Positions 1 through 12,418 of a stretch of DNA of 29,882 bases are shown here, one piece after another. How positions within the stretch are numbered: the stretch's first letter is position 1; each line of letters begins with the position of its first letter. Below the pieces are notes generated by a model that saw only the letters and a program-made list of their open reading frames with translations, searched no databases and had not been told where the DNA came from. The position numbers were made by a program, and so were the translations under genes. Source of the DNA: Macrostomum lignano (Eukaryota); contig NIVC01000676.1 in the NCBI GenBank assembly GCA_002269645.1, forward strand, positions 1 through 29,882, given 5' to 3'.

Positions 1-1472
1 ATATATATTCCCCATTATCTACTCGCAGCTAGACAACTAACTGCACAGATTCCATATTACCTAGATGGGCCACTCCAGCCGCCTGGCCACAGCGCGAAAA
101 CTCCGGGGTTAAGACCATAGACTATAGCGTCTGGTTCTGCTGCTCTAAGTATCCTCCGGTTCAACTAAGTCAACAAACATTTTTGAGCCATAGACGAAAA
201 TTCTCTGGACTTCAGGAACCAGAAAAATAAATTATTTACTCCTCGGCAAAATTAGCGAAAACTATACCACTGACTTATGCCCGAACAAGTGGGGATACAC
301 GCAAAGAAGTTGAAGCTAGACTGAGATTGGGTCTTGATTTAGCCTGGAGTTACAGCCATAGACAGAAATCTCGATGACTGCACTGAGTGGGTGGGTGAGG
401 CCAGGCCATTGCAATACTCTCCCAGAAACACAAAACAGATGAAAAATAATCCCTCTGTTTTTGTTTATGACCGACTTTTTTATTTATGCACCCTGAAAAC
501 TAAAAAGACGAACTATCCACACGCACAAATATCTAATGTATTAAATATACACGCGATAAGTTTAAGACAGTCACTTTTTACTTTCACTTTTTAGAAAGCT
601 AAGGTACGCAATTTTTAGTACAGTTTAATAATTAACGCTCATTGGCATTTGTCTTCTGACAAACATACCGTTTTAAATTTATGGAACTGGTGGATAGGTC
701 TTGAAAATTTTATTTCACATTATTAAACATAATTGCGTTCAAATACACTTTAACATTTAGAGAGTTAAACTAAAAATGGGACCCTTGATTTGAGACAAGA
801 GAAAGCAGTCCAAACCCTGTCAAAGAAACCTACAAATTATTATTATGAAAACAAACTCAGGGGGAGAAATGCGAAATTTGCACACCTGACCAGACATAGC
901 AGCACTAATTATTTATTTTAGAAACTTGCGGTAAATGAATCACTCGGTCTCAGTGCCACCGGAATATTGAGCCTACGCACTTGGAATTATATAGTCCAAT
1001 GCTTCAGACTGTTCAGATTGCCTTGCATAAATGCTTTCTGATTTCGCGAGAACGCTATAAATTTTATACTCGGCTAAGTAAACAACAATTGAAAAAGCCG
1101 ATAGTAACGTAATAAAGCAGCAGGCTAACGATTTTTTCATTACTTGTTTTGCCCATTTAGTCCTTATATTGGATTTCTAGCCCTAATTGTTTCAATCGAA
1201 TACTCCAATACTTTTACACCGTAACCCCGTTGCACAAGAGAAGGGATAATTTACTGAATTACAACTATAACAAATAATCACTGATTCAGCCAGCTTCGCC
1301 GAAAAATCGAATACAAATATAAAACTTGAAACGCAAATTCCCAAGGTGCAAAGGGGCAGAGTAGAAACAATGAACGAAATAGACAGAAACGGCACAACAA
1401 AACGAAGTTAATTGTGACTTGCACCTAGCAGCCTTAGCTAGCGCAAGATCCAGAACAACAGAACGATGGAAT

Positions 1473-2044
1473 TCAGCGCGGACCGGGCTGAAATCCACCA
1501 GGCCCGAATCCGGGGGCGCGCCGCGGCCATAGCCGGCCGGAGGCATGGGCGGCGGAATGCCACTCCGATGCCCGGCGGTGCCACCGACGGTCGCATCGGA
1601 GGCATGGACGGCGGCCGCGGCTGCATCATAGCTGGTGCGGGCCCGCCGACACCGCGGCTGGTCCAGCCAAGCCGGGCACAGGGGCCGCCGCAGGCGGGGC
1701 ACCGCGCCCAGCAGCGCGGCCAATACCGACGCCACCGATGCTGGCAGCGGTGGCCTGCGGAATTGGAACTTTGCCAACCTCTTCTTGAGGGGAGGACCGG
1801 CCACAGACATGGAAACCAGGTGCTCTCCGCGAAGCAGCACAAGGCCGAGGGCGCGCTTCTCCTCTCGCTCAGCCTTGTCGCCCTTGGCTTTAACCGTGCG
1901 AAACTCTTCGCAATCGGCCAGCACGAGATTCATGTGCCGATCGAAGGCGAGGAAGGTGCCGATGAATACGCGGCCGTCCTGCAGGGTGCACCGCATCCGA
2001 TAACTGATGTGCGCCATGATCTTGGAATTTTTGCCCTGCGGCAT
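1473..2044 (-). CDS. SNRPB: Small nuclear ribonucleoprotein SmB/B' (Sm fold plus Pro/Gly-rich tail), intronless; tail has 4 apparent -1 frameshifts in this sequence (~191 aa if corrected)
   Basis: The N-terminus [49 protein letters not shown]...[27 protein letters not shown] matches SmB Sm1/Sm2 motifs. The SmB-type tail ([12 protein letters not shown]...[12 protein letters not shown]...PGLAGP / [13 protein letters not shown]...PPGIG / [17 protein letters not shown] / [12 protein letters not shown]) is spread over successive frames with shifts near 1790, 1657, 1564 and 1510. 572 nt + 4 = 576 nt = 192 codons ending at TGA 1473-1475. The listed 252-aa ORF runs past the likely true stop. Confidence 0.92.
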
Positions 2045-2447
2045 GTTTGAATTAGCATGAATGCGATCAGCAGCATACTTCTGGATAGATTATGACAGCA
2101 GTATATGGATTTATTTCTGTAACTATATTACTTAAGTATTATTATGGATTTGCCTAAATCAAACTCGATGCTAAAATTATCTTACATAACTTAAAGTACT
2201 TTCTGAAGGATTACTAGGGAAGATCTGAAAGAGTGATTAGACAATGGTATTGTGACTATTCCCAAACCCACGACGGGGAGATTCTCTTGGCAACGGAAAG
2301 GCACGAGGATATAGAGTAACCAAATTGATAAGAGTAACCAAAGCAGTCTAGTGCATACAGGAAGTCTGAGGGTAGGATTGGTGAATAGAATCCATAGAGC
2401 CTTTGGTAGGAGAAGAATAGCTCCCATAGAGAGCTCATGGGAAACCC

Positions 2448-2647
2448 GCAGTCTGCGCCAAACCAAGTTGCCAAAAGCCAACTTAGGGTCTGATACAATA
2501 GCAATTTGACAAAGCAGTGAGAAGGGATAGAGGGCAAAGAGATGAGTGAGCCGGTTGCATACGTGGGCCACTTGGAATGCGCAGAAGGCTGGACAAGGCA
2601 AGGCAGTTGACCAAGAAAATATAATGCAGACTGTTTGCCAAGTTTGC
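2448..2647 (+). pseudogene. Possible decayed PHD-finger coding remnant (TE ORF1-like)
   Basis: Manual translation across frames gives VCAKPSC, [TGA]AGC-IR, HLECA and VCQVC in the order expected for a Cys4-His-Cys3 PHD finger. It is interrupted by stops and frameshifts. Confidence 0.3.
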
Positions 2648-2786
2648 CTAATAACCGACTACTAGAAGCAAACTAAAATTAAGAAACCCAGTTGAGTTGG
2701 ACACTTTTTTCAGCAAAAGACATAACGCACAAGGGACACTCAAACTCTCTGACACCACACAAGATTAACAACACTGCTCGCTCATT

Positions 2787-3293
2787 ATGATAAGACCACC
2801 GAGGCGCTACGCAAACGAAGTGGCTAAAAGCACAACAGATGCCCATGAAGCTGGAGAGCCTACAGAGAGCAAAAATTTCGCTACCAGGGCAGCCACAAGC
2901 GACAAAAAAGGTGACAACGGCAGCAAAGCATCGGCAAACACTACTAAAACAGAACAAGAGGTACGACAGGATAAAATCCAGCTTATTGATATGGAGGCTG
3001 AGCAGGCCCAAATACCAGAGCAAATTCAGTCAGAGCAGTCCATTGCAGAGCACCCGACATTACAATTGGAGAAGAAACCGAAAAAGCAACATGAGCAGAC
3101 AAAGCAGCAACCGGAAGCTGAGGATGAGGAACTGGCTGCAAATCGGCACCGCATCGTCGATCAGCGCGAGTCTGTAGCCAAGAGGCGTGCCGAGTTTCGA
3201 GCCTGGGAGGCAGCCATGGACGAGAGGCTTTATCGAGTGGAAGAAAATCTGAATACTAAGCACAGTGAAGAGCGCACTACTAGCTACAAGTAG
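2787..3293 (+). CDS. 168-aa ORF of unknown function; disordered, K/E/Q-rich with a C-terminal helical/coiled-coil-like segment; possibly a retroelement ORF1 remnant
   Basis: From the ORF track; the composition is biased, and no family is recognised. Confidence 0.3.
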   Translation: MIRPPRRYANEVAKSTTDAHEAGEPTESKNFATRAATSDKKGDNGSKASANTTKTEQEVRQDKIQLIDMEAEQAQIPEQIQSEQSIAEHPTLQLEKKPKKQHEQTKQQPEAEDEELAANRHRIVDQRESVAKRRAEFRAWEAAMDERLYRVEENLNTKHSEERTTSYK

Positions 3294-6018
3294 TGCATGA
3301 AGGTTCAGTGGCTGAATATTAACCAAAAGCTTTCCCATGACCAAAAGCGTACGTAAAAAAGATTTTTTTTTCTAAAAATTCCTAAAGGTTACTCATAAAC
3401 TCCAGCAATATCGATTACCAACCACTAAAATGGCATGCCTATCTATGTACATACAGATACTGTAACACGAAATAAAACATGTGACATCAGAGATGCCAGT
3501 CAAAATTTTAAGGGCTCTTTCTACACGGCAGTTTTTACCAACCGTGCTATTTTTTTATTTTTTGCAGAACAATTTAACAGCGTGACGGGCATATAGCTGA
3601 CAAATAACAAAAAGAAACAGTTTTTTTCGAGGGACAGAGCGATAATATACTTTCAGAGTAATATGTCCTGCTATATAGAGCTTTACTATTAATAAACCGG
3701 CAGGTGCACGAGAAAAAACAGTTACTTAACAACAGAATTAATAGCAGACACGAAAAAACATAAATATAAATTAAGGACACAGTTGACATAAAAACAAATT
3801 TGGGGACAAACTAATCGGCTGAGAAGCGTTTACACGTGCAATAAAGTAGACACTAATCGACAGCGAATAATTAAGTTATGTTTTATCGAGATCCAAGCCT
3901 AATGCCTGCACAGCTTTTGCCTAACAATGCCTCCGGTATTCCCTACACAGGTGTACTTCAAATTGGGGCTATGCATGGTACAGAGAACGAAATGTTGCTG
4001 TAGGGGAGGGGGTAACAGGCGTACAAGTTACCAAATTGCACACGCGCACGAGTTACAGGACGCCATTGCAAGCGAGTCAATCTATGCGACAGAATGAGAG
4101 CAGCGCAATCCAATGCAGCAGCGACATGCATTAATAACGCAATCGTCTACAATAATAAACAATTCGTTTTAAATGCATTATCAGCTCGCCTAAAAGAGAA
4201 AACGTGAAAAGCAAAAAGGTGGGTACAGGTAATTAAAGAAAAACCTAGGTGAAAACAAACTCTCGCAAATAATAAATAAAACATTCCTTGTGGTAAAATT
4301 TGGGAGAAAATTAGACACTAACTATCCTATCACCGTTAATATCTGCAGCTTAATTGAATTTTTCTTTCAATCTGTAACAAGTAGTTGTTTAACGAATTTA
4401 ATAGAAATGTTTCACTCAAAACTGCAATTTAAATGTTTCAATCAAATTTAATACCTGTCTAGAGGCATTGCAGTCGCTAAACAGACTATCATATTCTACT
4501 CTTAGACTTTATCCGTCACTTAGAAATATTTCGCAGAAAAAAGTTGCAGAAAGTGGCATAACCATCCTATCTTAGAAAAAAGATAAGCACGCGTAGCAAA
4601 ACCGCCTGCATAACAAAGTACAATCGAAATGCAGAAAGCACAATGCTCAAAGCAGCCTTCGCTGTACGCTAAACGTATGCACACTAGCCCAGTGCGAAAG
4701 AGTGACATGAAAACTGGGGATGTACGATGAGGTGCAAAAATTATAATCGATATATGTTCGGAATCACAGCTGCTCTAACAAACTTGCACATTGATGCTCG
4801 CGACAGGTCTAGAGATAAAAAGTGATCTGTCGAGGGGGGGGGGGTTAAGGTAAGCTGGTATGGGGCTCGCATTGCTTTGATAGGCCGTTCTTATTCTGGG
4901 AGAAAAACCAACTGGGGCACGTGGCCCAATATGAGAAAAACAGCAGCATTTCAAACTGCGGTTAGTATAGAGAATAAAAAATTAGTGTGTAATTTTACTG
5001 CAAATATTGACACCGGAAAATTGAAAACGACAGCTAGTAGAAAACAATTAAATGAGAATTATATTTGAGATAGATAGTCAATTTCTTTCCATGCTAAATT
5101 GCAAATAAACTCATACACGTTAGAAGCATGGATTGGAGTTGATGCTGTTAATCTACCTCAGTAGAGTAATACGCCACAGTGCGTCAGAAGGGTAGCGAGC
5201 AACTACTATTTCATAAAACTATAACGGGGAAACTTTATCTTGACTGTGTAATACAGGCAACAATCTTGAAAATTGAAACTGCATGCCATCACACTAGGGC
5301 TGGATCGCGAGAAAAACTAGACATATAGTTAGTGCTACTATACTACTTAAACTGATGCATAAATAGTTTAATAGTAATTTTAACAAACTTTTACGCGCTT
5401 CTTAAATCAAACTGATAAATCAAAAAAATTGTTTTAAATTGAATAACAAAAAATCCGATATTGAAAACAAAATAATCAGTCGATATTGACTGGGATGGTG
5501 AATAACAACTAGGCAAACACTATTAAGTAATTATAAGAATCGAATACGAAGAGCATTAGTAACTGTTTTGTTGGTTAAGTAAAAAATAAACAAAAAAGCG
5601 GAAAACTACAATAGAATGTATGAGAAATTTGGGTATAGGGGTGCTACAGTATTTAGAGAGAGCCGCGGAATGGGGTGGGTATAGGAGAAAAAGAAGATAA
5701 AGAGGGAAAAGCTAACTGACAGGACAGCTAAACGAAACTACAAAACAACAGAGATGTTTAGAGACAAAACTGCAGAGTATCCAAAACCAACCATTTTATC
5801 CAGTACGCAGTTGCAATGAAAAATAGTTTGTTTTGCTAAAGGAACTGATAGCTATAGGTGTATAATCGTTTTACAACTGCAAAAACTTATAAGATCGCCT
5901 AACGGGTGGTGTTGTGATGAAACCAATCAGCCAAACAAAGGAAAACTCGCAAATATGCAAGCCAACCGAAACACTCGTTAACATCAGTATCAATTCAACT
6001 GCATCCATTCACTCTGGC

Positions 6019-7267
<1,249 letters not shown>

Positions 7268-7402
7268 CTAAAACGCTATTTAAGGTCACATAGAGCCAGA
7301 GCGGAGGCCTATCAAAGTAACAGGGTGGCTAGAAGTTATTGTTATTAAACAGATCACTTGCATCTGTTCTAGGCGTTAGCTACAGCAAAAGTATACGTAT
7401 CA

Positions 7403-7657
<255 letters not shown>

Positions 7658-7952
7658 TTAAACATAACTAATTAATGTCATATGCTACTATAAACGTGAG
7701 TGGTAATGATGTAGTACATCTTCTTTACTTCTAATGCAGTTGCATCAGATTTCTGGTTAAGAGTGACCTGAAAAATCAATTATGGCTGGCTGTCTAAACT
7801 GCCTAAATTTTGAATACGACTTAAGTAGGTAGAAGTTGCATGATTAATTTTTAATAATCTTTTGCTTAAAAAACAGTTAATTTCCTGTTTTAAACCCCCT
7901 TAGTAGTCAGAAAACTTAGTAATCTTGGAAAACTTGGTAGATATAATAATTA

Positions 7953-8489
<537 letters not shown>

Positions 8490-8638
8490 TCAAAAAGTAA
8501 TAGGATAATCAGTGCAGATTTTGGCAAAACTGAAAGTTACTAAGTCTGTTTTGCAAATAAAAAAAATTTACGAGAATTACGAACTAGCGATTTCGAATAG
8601 ATGAATAAAAACGGTAATAGCAGCAAGCTGGAACCCAC

Positions 8639-9420
8639 TCATCAAAATTTATGCCGGTGGTTGTGCCGCTGAAAAGCTCGCGTTCCATTCTCTCGTTTCG
8701 GGAGAGCAGCTGTGACCAGTCATCAGAGGGTTGGAAGTTGCTGGCCCCAGAGCCCGCAGCCGGTGCAGAGGCCGCCTGAAACCGGGACATCAACTGCTGG
8801 CGACCGCCACCGCCAGCAGCCGAAGAAGCAGCCGTGAATCTAGAAGGACCACCAGCGTTGGGCGACGAGTCAAACATGCCGCCGCCCTTCCACCTGCCAT
8901 TGCCGCCCAACTGCTGTTGGAGAGGCTGCCTACCACCGCCAGTACCACTTCCGTTGGCAATGCCGTTCATGCCTGCGTGGGGCAAAGGCGGTGGCGGCTG
9001 GTGGGGCATGAAATTAGGTGGCGGCATGTAGCCACCATTTGCATGTGCAGATGCTGGCATCGACGCTACCATGGGCGGTGGGATGCCCATATGCGGTGGC
9101 GGCGGCGGGTGACGCCCACTAAATCCTTGCGGTGGCATGGGCGGAGGGGGCTGGTGTAACGGCGGCATGTGAAACGGAATTGGTTGACCAGTCGCATTCC
9201 GCATTAAAGGAAGCGGAGGCGGTTGTGGCGGTACATGCTGCTGTTGGCACTGCTGAGATTGAGACGTTGGCGGCGTCTGATGCTGGGGCTGCTGCTGAGG
9301 AACAAACTTCTGTGACGCGTTGGCAGACGAAACAGCAACACTAGCTTCAGCAGGGGACTGACCATCAGTTGATAAAGGAGCGACACCAGACCCAGCGGCA
9401 GCAACGGAGAGACTGGCAAA
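8639..9420 (-). CDS. DDX3: DDX3/PL10 helicase, exon 2 (N-terminal low-complexity region)
   Basis: Acceptor ttttctcatag|TTT. The frame is open from FASLSVAAAG through P/Q/G/M-rich sequence to DDWSQLLSRNERMERELFSGTTTGINFD, with donor GA|gtgggt. Length is 782 nt, and the phases join exon 3 correctly. Confidence 0.9.
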
Positions 9421-9483
9421 CTATGAGAAAATAAGGGAATAGTGAAAAGGTGTTTACCTTAAATGAATATAAAATCTTGCTAC

Positions 9484-9507
9484 ATGTTGTTTTACATCAG
9501 CAGACAT
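9484..9507 (-). CDS. DDX3: Inferred DDX3 micro-exon 1 (MSADVKQH, or MSAD if the donor at 9495 is used)
   Basis: ATG at 9507-9505 is followed by two in-frame phase-0 GT donors (GAT|gtaaaa at 9495, CAT|gtagca at 9483). Either joins to FASLSV, echoing the vertebrate DDX3X exon 1/2 junction (..DQQ|FAGLDL). Confidence 0.6.
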
Positions 9508-9553
9508 TAATTATCCGGTTATAAGAATTGGCAACTCTATTTTCACCTCTATG

Positions 9554-9600
9554 CTGTGAAAAGTTACTATCATTATAAAAGTCAAAAAGGAAATATACAG
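9554..9600 (-). promoter_or_regulatory. Pyrimidine-rich 3' splice acceptor upstream of the DDX3 ATG (candidate SL trans-splice site or 5'UTR intron end)
   Basis: The minus strand reads tttcctttttgactttt...aacttttcacag|, 46 nt before the ATG. Confidence 0.45.
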
Positions 9601-9930
9601 TCGCACAATGTTAGTGACGATTTAGCAACATAAATTCAAATTACTAGCATACATAGACAGGGTTTTTTTTTGTGCGCAGAGTGTGCGTATGCACCCTAAA
9701 TTTTAAAATCGCACCCTGAAATTAAAAAAGTAGGTGCGGTTTAGGTGCGGTCTTATAACCATTTTTCTTTAAAGGCTTAACCATGCTTAAGCTATTTTTT
9801 ATGCACTGCCTTAAAATATGAAACAAAATAACTCTTTAAATCCTATTAAGTCATATAGGCGATATAGCCTATAGCTATAGCCTTATGTAAGATATTAAAA
9901 TATACATTCCCAGTTGTCTGAAATGTGAGC

Positions 9931-10797
9931 AATGTGAGGGTTTCACGAGAGATATTCAGACAAAGGCTCCCTAAAACACGCCCCGCACCGGGCCCCGAAC
10001 TGCTACACATTATAACATTTTTTGTCAATGCAGTATTTGATTGCAAGGAAAAGTTAAAATAGTAATGGAATGAATATCTTTATTTATTTTTTTAAATATT
10101 ATTATTTTTTATATTCTCGTTTTCATTATTTAATTATAATATTATTATTTTATTAATATTATTATTAATATCACTTATTGTTCACCGAATTTTATATTTC
10201 AAAGTAAAAAAACTAAATTTAATAAAAACTTGAAGCTTAACAGAAAACGCATTCTGAAGTGTCTTTAGTTATAGTCCAATTTGTTTTAATGTGTAGCGCT
10301 GCAGGGCGGTGCGGGGCGTGTTTTAGGGAGACCCATTCAGACAGACATTCAAAATGATTGTCTGTAACTTCAAACAAAATTGACCCGCTTCAACCATCTT
10401 TTTGGCAAATATTTACGCAAGTGTTGGGCGTCGAATAAGCTTTAATTTATTAACTGAAGTAAAAATCATTCTGACATACATTGATTTAAAAATTGCTTAG
10501 CAACACTAGCTCTGATTAGAAATCGCTTTACTGTTGACTAAAATTGTTTTGATCGTAGCAGCCTAAAAGCAGATACTGGATTTAAAAATGCTTCGATTTA
10601 CTCTATACGCATGTCTCAGCTTTAAAATGACACCTCAGGCGTCGCAAAAGACAGCTTTGATGCTGAGATATTCGACACTAAACATGCATTGCTTTGCGCA
10701 ATCTCACATTCAGAAATTTCACTGATTTTTTGTCGATGTTTGTGCAGTTGCCGTGTCCTTGTTTTTCATCGGAGTCTTGTCAAATTCTAGTCATGTC
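9931..10797 (+). repeat. Left arm of a long inverted repeat inside the hAT-like element (interrupted by a nested MITE)
   Basis: 9931-9961 plus 10343-10797 is the reverse complement of 11933-12418, with only scattered substitutions. Confidence 0.95.
9962..10334. mobile_element. Nested MITE (373 bp) with 8-bp TSD ATTCAGAC
   Basis: Perfect 24-bp inverted repeat CTCCCTAAAACACGCCCCGCACCG at 9967-9990 and 10307-10330, plus a subterminal match gctacacatt. ATTCAGAC is duplicated at 9954-9961 and 10335-10342 and is single in the opposite arm. The interior is very AT-rich. Confidence 0.9.
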
Positions 10798-10937
10798 TAT
10801 ACGCATGTCTCAGCTTTAAAATGACACCTCAGGCATTGCAAAAGACAGCTTTGATGCTGAGATATTTGACACTAAACATTGCTTTGCTCAAACTCACATT
10901 CGGAAACTTCACTGATTTTTATTCAATATTTGTTCAG
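10603..10937 (+). repeat. Diverged direct duplication of ~140 bp (10603-10747 and 10797-10937)
   Basis: Both copies start ctatacgcatgtctcagctttaaaatgacacctcaggc and remain alignable to actgattttt...tgt[g/t]cag. Confidence 0.9.
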
Positions 10938-11032
10938 ATGCTTGTCTACTTCTCCATTTATTAACCATCGCATGGAGCCTTGCTAACGTACAAGTGTATG
11001 TAGTTACAGTAAATGGGGTTTTTGTGACTCAC

Positions 11033-11436
11033 TTAAACTTGTTTACGCATTCTGCAGCTATTCGCCGCCTTTCATTGGAGTGATTCATGGAGTCCAGTTG
11101 ATAAATTTCCACAAATTGGACTGCTTCTACGTCAGATCTCAACATTTGGAACCGTCCTTGAACTATTTCAGAGTTAAGTGAGCTAATGGCATCAAATGGA
11201 AGGCTAGTGCTCGTACTTGTAAGCGAAGCAGGTTCACAATTGAAATGGTTGTATTCATGGCCATGGGATCTAAACTGATCTGTTTTACTTTCACGATTGC
11301 TTTGGTCTCAGAAGGAGCAGCAGTTGATGGACTGAGGTGAGAAGAAGATGTGTCACGACTTGAGCTGTTTTTAGAAAATATCTTTATCCAATTAAATATT
11401 TTCATGCGGCTCCTTAGGTTGTTCCGAATTCCGAGT
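11033..11436 (-). pseudogene. Exon-like decayed coding fragment in the core of the hAT-like element
   Basis: Bounded by acceptor ctttttttctgtcttgacttctag| and donor AA|gtgagt. One frame has 4 stops in its first ~43 codons and then ~90 open codons (DQSNRESK...RIAAECVNKF). No family is recognised. Confidence 0.35.
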
Positions 11437-11932
11437 CTAGAAGTCAAGACAGAAAAAAAGTTAAGAACTGCTACTGTAGTCCATAGGGATTGGAAAGCTT
11501 AGCAGTACATTAGAAATCGCCAGTTCAATCTAAAAAGTTTGAAGTACATATAGCTATTGGGTTGCAACAACAGTAGAAAAAATTCTTCCTTTTTATTTTA
11601 TTCCCACCGCTTACCTCATTCCGATTTGGATAGCAGAATTGCCACGCAAAAAAAGTAAAAACATAACAATAAACTATTTGCTTCATATTAATTGCCACTG
11701 ACTGTTAATAAACGCGACGTCAATTTCTCTCAATAACAGTTGGAACATGTTTCTCGTACACTCGTATATTTATTTGAACCACAAAGCGGTGAAAAAGTCA
11801 TGATTGGTTGCCATATGTACAAATGTACACTCACAGACTCACTGACTCAGGTACAATCTATGCAATATAAAGGCAGGAATCATTAAAAATCAAATACTTA
11901 AGACAGTTTAAGAGAAGTCCAGGTTTAAACTG

Positions 11933-12418
11933 GACATGACTAGAATTTGACAAGTTTCTGATGAAAAACAAGGACACGGCAACTGCACAAATATTGACAA
12001 AAAATCAGTGAAATTTCCGAATGTGAGATTGCGCAAAGCAATGCATGTTTAGTGTCGAATATCTCAGCATCAAAGCTGTCTTTTGCGACGCCTGAGGTGT
12101 CATTTTAAAGCTGAGACATGCGTATAGAGTAAATCAAAGCATTTTTAAATCCAGTATCTGCTTTTAGGCTGCTACGATCAAAACAATTTTAGTCAACAGT
12201 AAAGCGATTTCTAATCAGAGCTAGTGTTGCTAAGCAATTTTTAAATCAATGTATATCAGAAGGATTTTTACTTCAGTTAATAAATTACAGCTTATTCGAC
12301 GCCCAACACTTGCGTAAGTATTTGCCAAAAAGATGGTTGAAGCAGGTCAATTTTGTTTAAAGTTACAGACGATCGTTTCGAATGTCTGTCTGAATATCTC
12401 TCGTGAAACCCTCACATT
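11933..12418 (-). repeat. Right arm of the long inverted repeat (uninterrupted; carries the empty MITE site)
   Basis: It is the reverse complement of the left arm and reads gagagat-attcagac-agacattc with a single ATTCAGAC. Confidence 0.95.

Noticed and set aside
190-375. Peptide fragments (INYLLGKIS; SGDTRKEVEARL) faintly like the C-terminal part of a LINE reverse transcriptase
   Set aside because: They are short, split over two frames, and have no diagnostic motif, so this cannot be supported without a search.
1286-1472. C-terminal extension of the listed 252-aa ORF
   Set aside because: It arises from the last frameshift reading through the true TGA into AT-rich 3'UTR.
1438-2050. Overlapping ORFs 1466-2050(+), 1635-2003(+) and 1438-1842(-)
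   Set aside because: These are shadow frames of GC-rich SmB coding sequence; the minus-strand one contains only a frameshifted piece of the SmB tail.
8731-9419. Several ORFs overlapping DDX3 exon 2 on both strands
   Set aside because: These are low-complexity GC-rich shadows; the DDX3 frame is continuous from 9420 to 8639.
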